DNA from: Candidatus Azambacteria bacterium
GTDB taxonomy: Bacteria > Patescibacteriota > Minisyncoccia > UBA10092
Assembly: GCA_016213445.1 (NCBI GenBank)
Contig: JACRAJ010000002.1
Location: 36,780-100,779 of the forward strand
DNA: 64,000 bases
Direction of reading: 5' to 3'
In this document: positions 9,991 to 19,119 of the stretch, piece by piece
How positions within the stretch are numbered: position 1 is the stretch's first letter
Layout of the letters: every line of letters starts with the position of its first letter
The notes under the pieces: generated by a model
What the model saw: the letters and a program-made list of their open reading frames with translations, nothing else
The model's database searches: none
Told to the model about the DNA's origin: nothing
Made by a program: the position numbers and the translations under genes

Positions 9991-10084
9991 ATCCTGCCCT
10001 TAAAGGGACTCGGGTAAGACTAGCCCCAATTCAAATGTCTTTAAGTGGGTTGTCAGTATCACCGAGTCCCTTTAAAAGCCGGAT
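9991..10084 (-). other. Long imperfect hairpin in hpf leader
   Basis: ttaaagggactcgg / ccgagtccctttaa 14-bp perfect stem with extensions. Confidence 0.7.
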
Positions 10085-10207
10085 GGCAAACCACCTGTAT
10101 TCATTTTAAAAGAAATAAAAAAATTTGGCAAACAACAAATTCCGCCATAAAGGCGGGATAAGGTTTCCTCAAAAATTCTGCTTTAAGCAGAATTTTTGAG
10201 GAAGCCC

Positions 10208-10286
10208 TTAAAAGCTCAAAGCCCCGTAAAACGGGGCTTTGCGCCGACATTGAATGGTTGCCGCCTTTCGGCGATCCAACCCACTT
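10208..10286 (-). ncRNA. Candidate ~80-nt small RNA
   Basis: Promoter upstream; GAAA-capped hairpin; terminator-like aaagccccgt-ttt-acggggcttt followed by a T run. Confidence 0.45.
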
Positions 10287-10292
10287 ATCCGC

Positions 10293-10321
10293 AGTGTAGC
10301 ATATGTAAAAAATTTTGTAAA
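10293..10321 (-). promoter_or_regulatory. Sigma-70-type promoter
   Basis: TTTACA-17nt-TACACT with extended TG. Confidence 0.55.
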
Positions 10322-10369
10322 GCGCGCGCGGTACTTTTGATTCCTTGGCGCGATACCGCCGATAAATCA

Positions 10370-10852
10370 CTACATTGAAAGAATTTTCCACACGCCTTTT
10401 TCATTTTTTATCAATTCGATTTCAGCCGCAGCGCCGCCGGATTCGTCGGGCACTTCAAATATATAATGATTGTCGCTTGCCGCCTTGCCGTTTTTAAGAT
10501 TTTTCAAATCTTTTATCAAATCGCCCAAAAGATGAACGTTGTAAAGTTCTGCCAAATCCTGCGATTCCGCCTCCCTATTTTCCAAAGAAAAATATTCAAC
10601 CGCCAGCATTAAATTATTTTTTTCCAAAGCGCCAATGAGAAATTTGATCGTTTCCTGGGGCGTTTTTCCCCCAATGTCGGAAAATCGATCCGCTTCGCCG
10701 CCATCGCCAATTTGAGAATTTGAAGACGCGGCCGGATTTTGATTTTTAATTTTGTTTTGATCTCCATTTAAAAACCACAAGCCCAAAAGGCCGGCGCCGA
10801 GAATAATGCCCATTACGACAAAACTTCTTAAAATGTTTTTGAAGGCAGCCAT
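10370..10852 (-). CDS. Membrane-anchored hypothetical protein
   Basis: N-terminal TM; GGKTPQETI..LI.ALE...GVWKI (NTF2-like pattern). Confidence 0.65.
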   Translation of the reverse strand: MAAFKNILRSFVVMGIILGAGLLGLWFLNGDQNKIKNQNPAASSNSQIGDGGEADRFSDIGGKTPQETIKFLIGALEKNNLMLAVEYFSLENREAESQDLAELYNVHLLGDLIKDLKNLKNGKAASDNHYIFEVPDESGGAAAEIELIKNEKGVWKILSM

Positions 10853-11325
10853 GGACTTAAAAAAATTAAAATTATAATTAAAACCGCGCCCAAAATGATA
10901 TTTTTCGCTAAAACTTTTTTAAAATCGTTTTCGTCCGAGCCGGCAAACAGATTCTGATCGCGGCGCAATTTAAACCATTCTCTAAAAATATTAAAAATAA
11001 TCGCAAAAATCACCGCCAGCACCCCCCCTAAGATAAAAAACGGAAACGGCAAAAAAGAAATAACCCAAACCAATTCGCTAAATCCCAAGGCGGCGCCCAA
11101 AGAAACGATAAAAATCTGTTTTCGGCTTTTTAAGCCGAACAGCTCGCCCGCCCGACGAATAATTAAAAGCCCTTTCCAAAAAGTAAAAAAAGAAATCAAA
11201 CTCAACATGGCAAATCCCGCGACGAAATTAACGGTTTGCGACAAAATTAAAAACCAAATAAAACTCGCCGTGAAAAATATCAAAAGGGGCGAAAAGAATG
11301 AGAATTTTTTCGGCGTAATTTTCAT
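10828..11325 (-). CDS. Multi-pass membrane protein
   Basis: ~5 hydrophobic segments; overlaps neighbours. Confidence 0.6.
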   Translation of the reverse strand: MKITPKKFSFFSPLLIFFTASFIWFLILSQTVNFVAGFAMLSLISFFTFWKGLLIIRRAGELFGLKSRKQIFIVSLGAALGFSELVWVISFLPFPFFILGGVLAVIFAIIFNIFREWFKLRRDQNLFAGSDENDFKKVLAKNIILGAVLIIILIFLSPWLPSKTF

Positions 11326-12287
11326 ATCTTCAAAACGTCGCTGACAATTTTTTTAACTTGGTTTACGGGAATGGCAAAACCTATACTTTGGGCGTTTTGC
11401 GCTATAGCCGTGTTGATGCCTATCACTTCCCCCTTCAAATTTAAAAGCGGTCCGCCAGAATTGCCGGGATTTATTGAAGCGTCGGTTTGAATTACGTTAT
11501 AGATTGTTTCCGTTAAGCCTCCGCCGCTGGCAGTGATATTTCTTGAAAGGCCCGACACCACGCCGACATTGACCGTATTCCTAAATTCACCCAAAGCATT
11601 GCCGATAGCGACCGCCGTTTGGCCAACTTGAATTGAATCGGAATTGCCAAGCTTAAGCGTCGGCAAATTCAAAGCGGCAATTTTTAAAACGGCGATATCG
11701 GTATTCGCATCGCGAACCAAAACCTTTGCGTCATATTTTTTTCCGTCATTGGTGAAAACCGTGTATTGCGCCGCCGCGTCCTGCACTACGTGTTTATTGG
11801 TTAAAATTAAACCGTCGCCGGAAATTATAAACCCGCTGCCGCCGCCAATCTCCTGGAACTTGGTTCCTTTTTGGCAAGGCTGATAAAACTTAAGATTTTG
11901 GCCGAAAAATTGCTGGACTTCCGGCGGCAGATTTGAAAACGGATTGTAAGGACACTGTTCGATGATCGGAACATTTTTGGAAATCGTAATCGCCACCACG
12001 GCCGGCGAAGCATTTTTGGCCGCGTTTATAATTTTTGATTCATAATCAACCGGAGCGTAAACTTCATTTGATGGAGCTAAATTTAAACTTTGGGGCGTGC
12101 TGGTGGCCTGTTGTTTCTCGCCAAATAATCGATTTAAAAACGGCGCTTTTCGGAAAAAATCCAAAACCGACGCGTTGGCAAATATCGCGCCGGAAAGCGG
12201 CCCGATGACAACGGCGGTTAAAACGCTCGCCGCCAAAGCCGCCAACAGCATTTCTTTAAATGAATATTTTTTGTTTTCTTCATTCAT
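11322..12287 (-). CDS. HtrA/DegP-like serine protease lacking PDZ domain
   Basis: GSGFII, TNKHVV, IQTDASINPGNSGGPL; ends right after the protease domain. Confidence 0.92.
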   Translation of the reverse strand: MNEENKKYSFKEMLLAALAASVLTAVVIGPLSGAIFANASVLDFFRKAPFLNRLFGEKQQATSTPQSLNLAPSNEVYAPVDYESKIINAAKNASPAVVAITISKNVPIIEQCPYNPFSNLPPEVQQFFGQNLKFYQPCQKGTKFQEIGGGSGFIISGDGLILTNKHVVQDAAAQYTVFTNDGKKYDAKVLVRDANTDIAVLKIAALNLPTLKLGNSDSIQVGQTAVAIGNALGEFRNTVNVGVVSGLSRNITASGGGLTETIYNVIQTDASINPGNSGGPLLNLKGEVIGINTAIAQNAQSIGFAIPVNQVKKIVSDVLKI

Positions 12288-12319
12288 ATTTTTAAATTAT
12301 TTATATTGGTTTGAAAGAT

Positions 12320-13561
12320 CTATTTTGATTGCAATGCGCTTAAAACCTTATTTATTATTTCCGCGGCTTTCTTTATTTCTTCCTTCGCGGTGTTTTTGCC
12401 GAGAGTAATCCGAATACTTTCTTTCGCTTCTTTTTCAGTCAAACCGATTGCGGTTAAAACATGGGAAGGCTCCATTGCCCTGCTGGAACAAGCGGAACCG
12501 GCCGAAACCGCCACACCGGCCTGATCCAAAGCCACTATAAGCGTTTCATTGCTTATTCCCGGAAACCTTATATTAATGTTATTCGGCAATCGGCCTTCAA
12601 AAGAGCCGTTTAATTCGGCCGACTTATTGTATTTAACGATATTTTCCCACAAGCCGTTTCGCAAATCAAGAACATGTTTGGAACGTTTCTCGCGATTTTT
12701 TCCGCCAGAGGCGGATCCGCCTCTGGCGGAAAAAATCAATTCAACCGCTTTCGCCAATCCGGCAACGGCGGCGACATTTTCCGTGCCCGAACGCAAACCG
12801 AATTCCTGCCCGCCGCCGGAAATAATCGGCGAAAGCGGCGTGTTTTTTCTTACATAAAGCCCGCCAATACCTTTGGGACCGTAAATTTTATGTCCGGAAA
12901 AAGTAAGCAAATCCGCTTTAAGCCAATCGGGGCGGCATTCCAAATAATTCATCGCCTGCACCGCGTCGGTGTGGAAATATATTTTTGAGAACCCATTTTC
13001 CCGCCTTGTTTTATTAATTTTTTCAATCAATTTCCCGATTTCTTTTATCGGCTGGATTGTTCCGATTTCATTATTGGCGTAAATAACGCTTACCAAAACC
13101 GTATTGTTTTTGATTGTTTTTTCAATGTCGGAAATTTTTACCAACCCGTTTTTATCAACCGGAAGATAATCAATTTCATGGTCGGCTTTTTTTAATTCTT
13201 TCAGCGGCTCGTGAACCGACTCGTGTTCTATCGGCGTGGAAATTATATGGTATTTAGTATTTGATATTTCTTGTTTTGTATTTTTTTTGAAAATTGAAAA
13301 TTGAAAATTCCTCGCAATTCCCAAAATTGCGAGGTTATTAGCTTCTGTCGCCGAGCCGGTGAAAATTATTTCGTTGAAATCGCAATTTAACAATTCGGCG
13401 ATTTTTCCCCGCGCGCCGTCTATTGCCGCTATCGCCTCCTGGCCGAATGAATGAATTGAAGAAGCGTTGCCGAATTTTTCGGAAAAATACGGCATCATCG
13501 CTTTTAAAACTTCGTCATCAACCGGTGTTGTCGCCGCGCAATCAAGATAGATTTTTTTCAT
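12320..13561 (-). CDS. iscS: Cysteine desulfurase (IscS/NifS)
   Basis: YLDCAATT, NNEIGTIQP, HTDAVQ, SGHKIYGPKG, SAGSACSS. Confidence 0.95.
   Translation of the reverse strand: MKKIYLDCAATTPVDDEVLKAMMPYFSEKFGNASSIHSFGQEAIAAIDGARGKIAELLNCDFNEIIFTGSATEANNLAILGIARNFQFSIFKKNTKQEISNTKYHIISTPIEHESVHEPLKELKKADHEIDYLPVDKNGLVKISDIEKTIKNNTVLVSVIYANNEIGTIQPIKEIGKLIEKINKTRRENGFSKIYFHTDAVQAMNYLECRPDWLKADLLTFSGHKIYGPKGIGGLYVRKNTPLSPIISGGGQEFGLRSGTENVAAVAGLAKAVELIFSARGGSASGGKNREKRSKHVLDLRNGLWENIVKYNKSAELNGSFEGRLPNNINIRFPGISNETLIVALDQAGVAVSAGSACSSRAMEPSHVLTAIGLTEKEAKESIRITLGKNTAKEEIKKAAEIINKVLSALQSK
12694..12737. repeat. In-frame palindromic element (SARGGSASGG) in iscS
   Basis: Perfect 44-bp palindrome around tccgccagaggcggatccgcctctggcgga. 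Confidence 0.9.
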
Positions 13562-14334
13562 AATTTTTCCAGCGCGGCGTTGAGTTCTTTAACTTGCTGT
13601 TCGGCGCGAGCGCGCCAGTCGCGGCCGGCGCAAAGCTCGTGATGCGAACAAAAATCGCAGACAAAATTCACCGTCCACTTTCCTTTATCTTCGTCAAAAA
13701 CAACCGGGTCGGGCAAAGGCGGCAATTCATCTTTACTCCAAGAACTGTTTAAAATTTCAAGCTGATCAACAATCGGTTTCACCGCTTCTTCGGAATAATT
13801 TACGGGAATAATCAGTCTGCCCAAATCGTCGCGGGAAACGTAAATTAGCCGGCCTTCGAGATTGGAAAAATCAACTTCCGGCAAATCCGCGTGGCCGTGA
13901 TTCCGGAGGCGCCACACGTAAAAAAGCATTTGGAGTTTATGCTGGGGCTGGGGCGCCTTGGTTTTTAATTTGTATTTGAAACTGAAAGAATTCGTCGATT
14001 TTATTTCGTAAAGCACCGGATGGCCGCCTTCGTCTATTATTAAATCAACCTTGCCCGACGCTTCATATTCCGGCGCCTCTATCCGCAATTGTTCCGCCAC
14101 CAATTTTCCCGAGTTTTTTACTTTATCGACAATCCAAGTCTCGACTATTTTGCCGACTTCCATAATTCCCATCCTGTCCGGTGGAATAACCGATGTCGGC
14201 GGCAAGCCTTTGCGGCGGTAAAAAGCGCCCCTCAAACAGGAATTCAAATCGGTCGCCCACCAGCTTTTTTTGGCATACGGCTCGCGGATGAAGCTTTCGT
14301 TTATTATTTTATCTAAAAAAGTGAGGGAGTCCAT
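13558..14334 (-). CDS. Cas4-like PD-(D/E)XK nuclease (solo, Fe-S-type cysteines)
   Basis: N-terminal Cys (NSCLR), SGKVD...YEIKS, QML.Y, C-terminal CDFC..HELC. Confidence 0.75.
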   Translation of the reverse strand: MDSLTFLDKIINESFIREPYAKKSWWATDLNSCLRGAFYRRKGLPPTSVIPPDRMGIMEVGKIVETWIVDKVKNSGKLVAEQLRIEAPEYEASGKVDLIIDEGGHPVLYEIKSTNSFSFKYKLKTKAPQPQHKLQMLFYVWRLRNHGHADLPEVDFSNLEGRLIYVSRDDLGRLIIPVNYSEEAVKPIVDQLEILNSSWSKDELPPLPDPVVFDEDKGKWTVNFVCDFCSHHELCAGRDWRARAEQQVKELNAALEKL

Positions 14335-14903
14335 AATTTTTTTATTTCGAGTCCCGAATATTTCGCCAGGTTAATTTTTAAAGTTTTCACGTAAGGCAAA
14401 TTGGCATCGCGAGCCGTATATTTCAATTCGCCGTTTTTAAGGCAATGCTCGTACAAGTCTTTTGTAAGCCTTACGTCGTCGAGGCAATATTTTTTAAGCT
14501 CGTCCATTCTCCCCTGCCGCCAATAATCAACCGCCGCAAGACCGTTGCCGCTTTTTCTTTTCCCCAAAGTGTTGCCGACCAAATCATCCAAACTCACCCG
14601 ATGCCCCGCAACGCTTACGAATTCGGCCATAATATCAAGCGTTGGAATTTTGGCCAAATCGATGGACAAATATTTTTTCAAAACCGGCAAATCGAAATGA
14701 TCGATGTTAAAACCGATAATTAAATCGGTTCTTTTCAGCAAATTTTCAAACGCCGGCATTTCCTTTTCCGTAAAAGTTAAAAACTTATTATCGGAATAAG
14801 AATAAACGCCGGCGACGGAAAGCAAAAGTTTCGACAAATTTCCCTTGCCGCCGACGTCGGAAAATAAATTTTGAGTTTCAATGTCTAAAACAATGCGATT
14901 CAT
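14313..14903 (-). CDS. RNase H-like 3'-5' exonuclease domain protein (YprB/DEDD-like)
   Basis: VLDIET, IGFNIDHFDLP, YCLDDVRLT. Confidence 0.85.
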   Translation of the reverse strand: MNRIVLDIETQNLFSDVGGKGNLSKLLLSVAGVYSYSDNKFLTFTEKEMPAFENLLKRTDLIIGFNIDHFDLPVLKKYLSIDLAKIPTLDIMAEFVSVAGHRVSLDDLVGNTLGKRKSGNGLAAVDYWRQGRMDELKKYCLDDVRLTKDLYEHCLKNGELKYTARDANLPYVKTLKINLAKYSGLEIKKLWTPSLF

Positions 14904-15955
14904 AACTCGTCTTCATCTCTGGGAGCTTCAATGGCCATCGGCTCGATTCCAACAGCTTCGCCCGTTATTTTTAAAACATCCTTATCGATTTTTTTCAATT
15001 CTTTGTAAGATTGGTTATACATATTAACGGAAGTGCCCAAGTGCGTGCCCAGTTTTTTCATATACGTTTCATAGCTTGAAAGATGCCGCCCCAATTCTTC
15101 AACTCTTTTTCTTATTTCCTTCGCCGATTCTTCGATTTGAAGCGCTTTCAACCCCTGAAGCACCGTTTGAAGATACGCGAAAAAAGAAGTCGGAGAAACA
15201 ATTATCACTTTTTTATCGACAATGGCATACTCAACAAGGTCCCTGGCGTTTATCGAACCGACTTTGTTTATCAACAAATCGTAATAAACGGCTTCGGCGG
15301 GAATAAACATAAAAGCAAAATCCATAGTGCCTTCGCCCGGCTTTACATATTTTGAGGTTTCGTCAATGCGGGTTTTCAAATCGTTCCTGAAAGCGTCTTC
15401 CAGTCTTTTTCTTTCAACTTCATCGCGAACTTCCAGCAAGCGATTGTAATTTTCCAAACTGAATTTGGAATCTATCGGAATGATTCTGTCTTTAATGAAT
15501 ATTGCCGCGTCAACGATTGTGCCGTCTTTGAAACCATATTGCAACTCATAAGTTCCCGGCGGCAAAACGTTTTTCAAAACCGTTTCCAGATAATATTCTC
15601 CCAAAATTCCGCGCTGTTTCGGATTTTTCAATATGTCCTGCAAATTTTTCAGCTGATCGGCGAAATTCACCACCTGTTTATTGGTATCGTCAAGCTTGGT
15701 GAGGCGCTCGGTGACATCGCGGATAATTTTCGCGCTTTGGGAAAACTGGTTTTGAATCTGGCTTTGCATCGTTTGCGCCGATTCTCCGAGTTTTTTATCA
15801 AGCGTCCGCGCGATTTCATTTATTTGATTTTGTATCAAAAGAAACGATTGCGACTGCGAGCCTTCACCGCCTTTCTTTTTAAAAATAAAAAAAGCGAATC
15901 CGCCCAGCGCGGCGCCCAAAACCAGAGAAAATAAAATTAAAATAAAATTATCCAT
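14900..15955 (-). CDS. rmuC: DNA recombination protein RmuC
   Basis: N-terminal TM, RGILGEYYLE, IDSKF, TMDFAFMFIPAE, VSPTS. Confidence 0.93.
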   Translation of the reverse strand: MDNFILILFSLVLGAALGGFAFFIFKKKGGEGSQSQSFLLIQNQINEIARTLDKKLGESAQTMQSQIQNQFSQSAKIIRDVTERLTKLDDTNKQVVNFADQLKNLQDILKNPKQRGILGEYYLETVLKNVLPPGTYELQYGFKDGTIVDAAIFIKDRIIPIDSKFSLENYNRLLEVRDEVERKRLEDAFRNDLKTRIDETSKYVKPGEGTMDFAFMFIPAEAVYYDLLINKVGSINARDLVEYAIVDKKVIIVSPTSFFAYLQTVLQGLKALQIEESAKEIRKRVEELGRHLSSYETYMKKLGTHLGTSVNMYNQSYKELKKIDKDVLKITGEAVGIEPMAIEAPRDEDEL

Positions 15956-16007
15956 AGTGTTTAACGGACTTATCTAAGAATGGACTAAAATCAACAAAAA
16001 AACAAGT

Positions 16008-17156
16008 TTATTTTTCGGTTTTCGGTTCGCGAACAAAAAACAATGCGGCAAACGCGATTGCGGTTAAAATCAGTGAAAGCGCAAATGGCGCCCGAAAATT
16101 TACGGCATCCCATAAAATGCCGGCGATAAAAGAAGCCGGCAAAGCTATCAGGCCGATAAGCATTTGGAAACCGCCTATGATGCTTGCTCTCATATTGTAA
16201 GGAGCGAATTCCGCCACGATAGTTTTTATATTGCCTTCATAAGCGGCGCCGTGCAATCCGTAAACGGCGAACGCCAAAAGAATCATCCAGAGCGAATTAA
16301 AAAAAATAAACATCGCGTTAGTCGCCATAAATAAAATGAAAGCAAAACCGATTACCGGGCGCCGGCCGATTTTATCCGCCATCTTGCCGAAAGGAATCGC
16401 CATAAGAGATGAAAAAAGCATATATGTCAGATAAAATAACGGCAATAATTTTAAAGAAACGCCAAGTTTGTTTGCCGCCAGAATATAAAATGAATCGGAA
16501 AAGGCGCCCAAAGTGAAAATTGCCGAAAGAGCGGTGAAAACTTTAAAATCGCGGCTGGCAAATTTAAAAGAAAATTTCGGCGCGAGGCCATCGGACGTTA
16601 TTTTTTCTTTGACGAAAAATAAAATAATCAAGCTGCCGGCAAGCGAAGGAATGGCGGCTATTAAAAATAGCTCGCGATAAGCGAAATATCCCGCCAAAAA
16701 CAGCGATGCGGCAAGGCCCAAAACAGCGCCGCCCCGGTCGGCCGCTCTCAGCGCCCCAAAAGCCGAAGCTCTTTTTTCGCGAGGCGTGATGTCGGCCACG
16801 ATGGCATCCCGGGGCGCGTCGCGCATTTTCCCGGACCTGTCCAAAATTTTGCCGGGGATCAATTGCCAGCTTCTCGTTGAAAACGAGTAAATAATTCTTG
16901 AAAAAAAGGCGAAAAAATAACCGAGCCAGATAAAAATTTTCCGCTTTTTTATTTTATCCGACAATAATCCCGACGCGGCTTGCGACAGGGAAGCGAAAGC
17001 GTCGCCCAAACCGTCAACAAATCCTAAAAACATCGCCGAAGCTCCGATTACCGAGGTGACAAAAATCGGCCAAATCGTAAAAACAAAATAATGCCCGAAA
17101 TCGTTTAAAAACGCGCCGATTGAAAACAGCCAAACTGTTTTTTTGTTTTCATCCAT
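16008..17156 (-). CDS. MFS transporter
   Basis: ~12 TM segments; G.LSDKIKKRK and GKMADKIGRR motif A. Confidence 0.9.
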   Translation of the reverse strand: MDENKKTVWLFSIGAFLNDFGHYFVFTIWPIFVTSVIGASAMFLGFVDGLGDAFASLSQAASGLLSDKIKKRKIFIWLGYFFAFFSRIIYSFSTRSWQLIPGKILDRSGKMRDAPRDAIVADITPREKRASAFGALRAADRGGAVLGLAASLFLAGYFAYRELFLIAAIPSLAGSLIILFFVKEKITSDGLAPKFSFKFASRDFKVFTALSAIFTLGAFSDSFYILAANKLGVSLKLLPLFYLTYMLFSSLMAIPFGKMADKIGRRPVIGFAFILFMATNAMFIFFNSLWMILLAFAVYGLHGAAYEGNIKTIVAEFAPYNMRASIIGGFQMLIGLIALPASFIAGILWDAVNFRAPFALSLILTAIAFAALFFVREPKTEK

Positions 17157-17205
17157 GGTTTGATTATTTCACAGTTTAGTTTAAAATAAAAAGTATTAAC
17201 TTTTT

Positions 17206-17269
17206 TTAGCTGCCTCGGCTCGGAAATGTGAAAGAATACTTTCCCATTTCTCTCGCTCTACGTCGCTAA
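17206..17269. repeat. REP-like imperfect hairpin element
   Basis: ttagc...gaaatg-t-gaaagaatactttc-c-catttc...gctaa. Confidence 0.55.
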
Positions 17270-17275
17270 TAAAAC

Positions 17276-17764
17276 ATGATGTTGCTTGATTCAAAAAGGC
17301 CTTTTTATTGGATTTCGGGATTGATTATTTTCGCTCTCGCGATTATGGTTGTTTATTTCCAGTACCAAAAAACGGCCGATAAAAATTCAACAACCGTTTT
17401 CACCGGCGCCGGGCCGGTGAAAATTAAAATTGAACTCGCGAAAACGCAGGAAGAATTGGAAAAAGGATTAATGAACCGGCCGTCGCTTCCGAAAAATTCC
17501 GGAATGTTTTTTATTTTTCCCGATGAAAAAACCCGAAGTTTTTGGATGAAAGATACGCTGATTCCCCTTGATATCATTTTTATTTCTTCAACGGGGCGCG
17601 TTAATGAAATTACAACTCTAAAGCCATGCCGAGAAAATGAAATTTGCCAACCATATAGTTCAAAAATGCCAGCGCGATATGTTTTGGAAATCAACGCCGG
17701 CGCCGCGGAAAAATGGAGAATAATGGAAGGCGATATTTTGGAGATTCCGAAATTTGAAAAATAA
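17276..17764 (+). CDS. DUF192 family protein
   Basis: ELA.T..E...GLM.R, GMFFIF, FWMKDTLIPLDIIF, YVLEINAG. Confidence 0.92.
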   Translation: MMLLDSKRPFYWISGLIIFALAIMVVYFQYQKTADKNSTTVFTGAGPVKIKIELAKTQEELEKGLMNRPSLPKNSGMFFIFPDEKTRSFWMKDTLIPLDIIFISSTGRVNEITTLKPCRENEICQPYSSKMPARYVLEINAGAAEKWRIMEGDILEIPKFEK

Positions 17765-17784
17765 ATTGACGGTCATTTCATAAA

Positions 17785-17821
17785 CAAAACCGCCCCGCAG
17801 CTGCGGGGCGGTTTTGTTTTT
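17785..17821. terminator. Bidirectional terminator/palindrome
   Basis: aaaaccgccccgcagctgcggggcggtttt between convergent genes. Confidence 0.75.
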
Positions 17822-17828
17822 CAAAGAT

Positions 17829-18599
17829 TTATTTTATCAAATAGGTCAAAGTGATGTTTATGGTTATTTCTTGAGAGCCGGGTTCTATTTGAGGCGCGGC
17901 GGACGCGGCTATGCCGCCGCCTCTTCCCATCGCTTCATAAAATATCGGCGGTTCTCCCGAAGCGCTCTCGCTAAAACCAATCAAGCGGCCCAAGCGAAAG
18001 CTCGCAATCTTGCTTGCCGCCATGGCTTTTTCTTTCGCCTGCTTCACCGCTTCTTCGCGCGCTTTATTTTTTAATTCTTCCGGCTTGTCAACAAAAAGAG
18101 AAACCGAATTTATCTGGTTGGCGCCGCTACTGACCGCTCCGTCCAAAATTTTACCGACATTTTTTAAATCCCTTACCGTTACGTTTACGGTTTGATTCAA
18201 AATATATCCCGCCAGCGTTGATTTTCCTTTGTTATAATCGTACTTCGGCGACAGATTATAATTGCTCGTTTTTATATCTTCATTCGCGACGCCTTCTTTC
18301 TTTAAAAAATCAATAACCTTGTTCATTTTGCCGGTATTTTCATTTTGGACCGAAATGGAATCTTTCCCCTCGGTAACCAAACCGATATCGACTTTCGCGG
18401 TATCCGGCGCGGCTTTAATTTTGCCTTGTCCGGCAAAACTTACCGTTTGGGAAACATTTGCCGCTCCCCCGTTTCGGTAATTATTCCAAGCGTTAACCAT
18501 CTGGTTTAACCCGGAAAAAACCAAAAGCAAGCCAAATAAAATCAAAACAGCCAAGACAATTTTCCGTTCCAATTTTGGCAATTTATTGTAATCGAACAT
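17829..18599 (-). CDS. SIMPL (DUF541) family protein
   Basis: GQGKIKAAPDTA, DIKTSNYNLSP.Y, GANQI, A...AKEKA, IEPG. Confidence 0.92.
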   Translation of the reverse strand: MFDYNKLPKLERKIVLAVLILFGLLLVFSGLNQMVNAWNNYRNGGAANVSQTVSFAGQGKIKAAPDTAKVDIGLVTEGKDSISVQNENTGKMNKVIDFLKKEGVANEDIKTSNYNLSPKYDYNKGKSTLAGYILNQTVNVTVRDLKNVGKILDGAVSSGANQINSVSLFVDKPEELKNKAREEAVKQAKEKAMAASKIASFRLGRLIGFSESASGEPPIFYEAMGRGGGIAASAAPQIEPGSQEITINITLTYLIK

Positions 18600-18675
18600 G
18601 CTTATTAAAAATAACTAATATTAATAATGAAATTATATCATATCAACAAAATCGCGTTATCAACACGCCGCGATA

Positions 18676-19062
18676 TTATTTTACCGGCAAGGCGCAAGCG
18701 CTTTCTTGGGATAATTTTTCAAGCGACTGCTCCCCCATTAATTTTTTTCCATCCGGAAAAATCCACGTCGGATAGCCTTCAATTCCTTTGGAGACGCAAA
18801 CCGACGGATTATCGGGGCATTCGATATACGGCACATATTTAAATGAATCGCCGAATAATTTTTTTTGATTTTGGCAATGCGAGCACCAAACCGCGCCGTA
18901 CATCGTGATGTTTTTTGACGCCAAACATTTGGCAAATTCATCAAGCGCGCCTGCCGGCTTTTTCCCGCCAAACCGCCCGGAAATAAAAAACGCAAACGCG
19001 AAAACCAAAATAATAACGCAAAAAGCAAAAATAAGTTTTGATTTTAAATCGTAATTTTTCAT
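18676..19062 (-). CDS. Membrane-anchored thioredoxin/glutaredoxin-like protein
   Basis: MYGAVWCSHCQNQK, YIEC, GYPTW. Confidence 0.85.
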   Translation of the reverse strand: MKNYDLKSKLIFAFCVIILVFAFAFFISGRFGGKKPAGALDEFAKCLASKNITMYGAVWCSHCQNQKKLFGDSFKYVPYIECPDNPSVCVSKGIEGYPTWIFPDGKKLMGEQSLEKLSQESACALPVK

Positions 19063-19119
19063 TTTTATATTTATTTTTTTCAGCCGCAAGCTGATTCGCC
19101 TTTGGCGGACAATTTAATA

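Noticed and set aside
10225..10262. c-di-GMP-I riboswitch (GGCAACCAUUC...GGCGCAAAGCC)
   Set aside because: Lacks the GAAA-capped P2 at the right position and the P3 receptor; the following stem looks like a terminator
10101..10391. 96-aa ORF and other ORFs across the hpf upstream region
   Set aside because: They cross palindromes and a promoter and have no protein-like features
13558..14334. CRISPR-Cas locus
   Set aside because: Cas4-like gene is solo; no cas1/cas2 or array in the window
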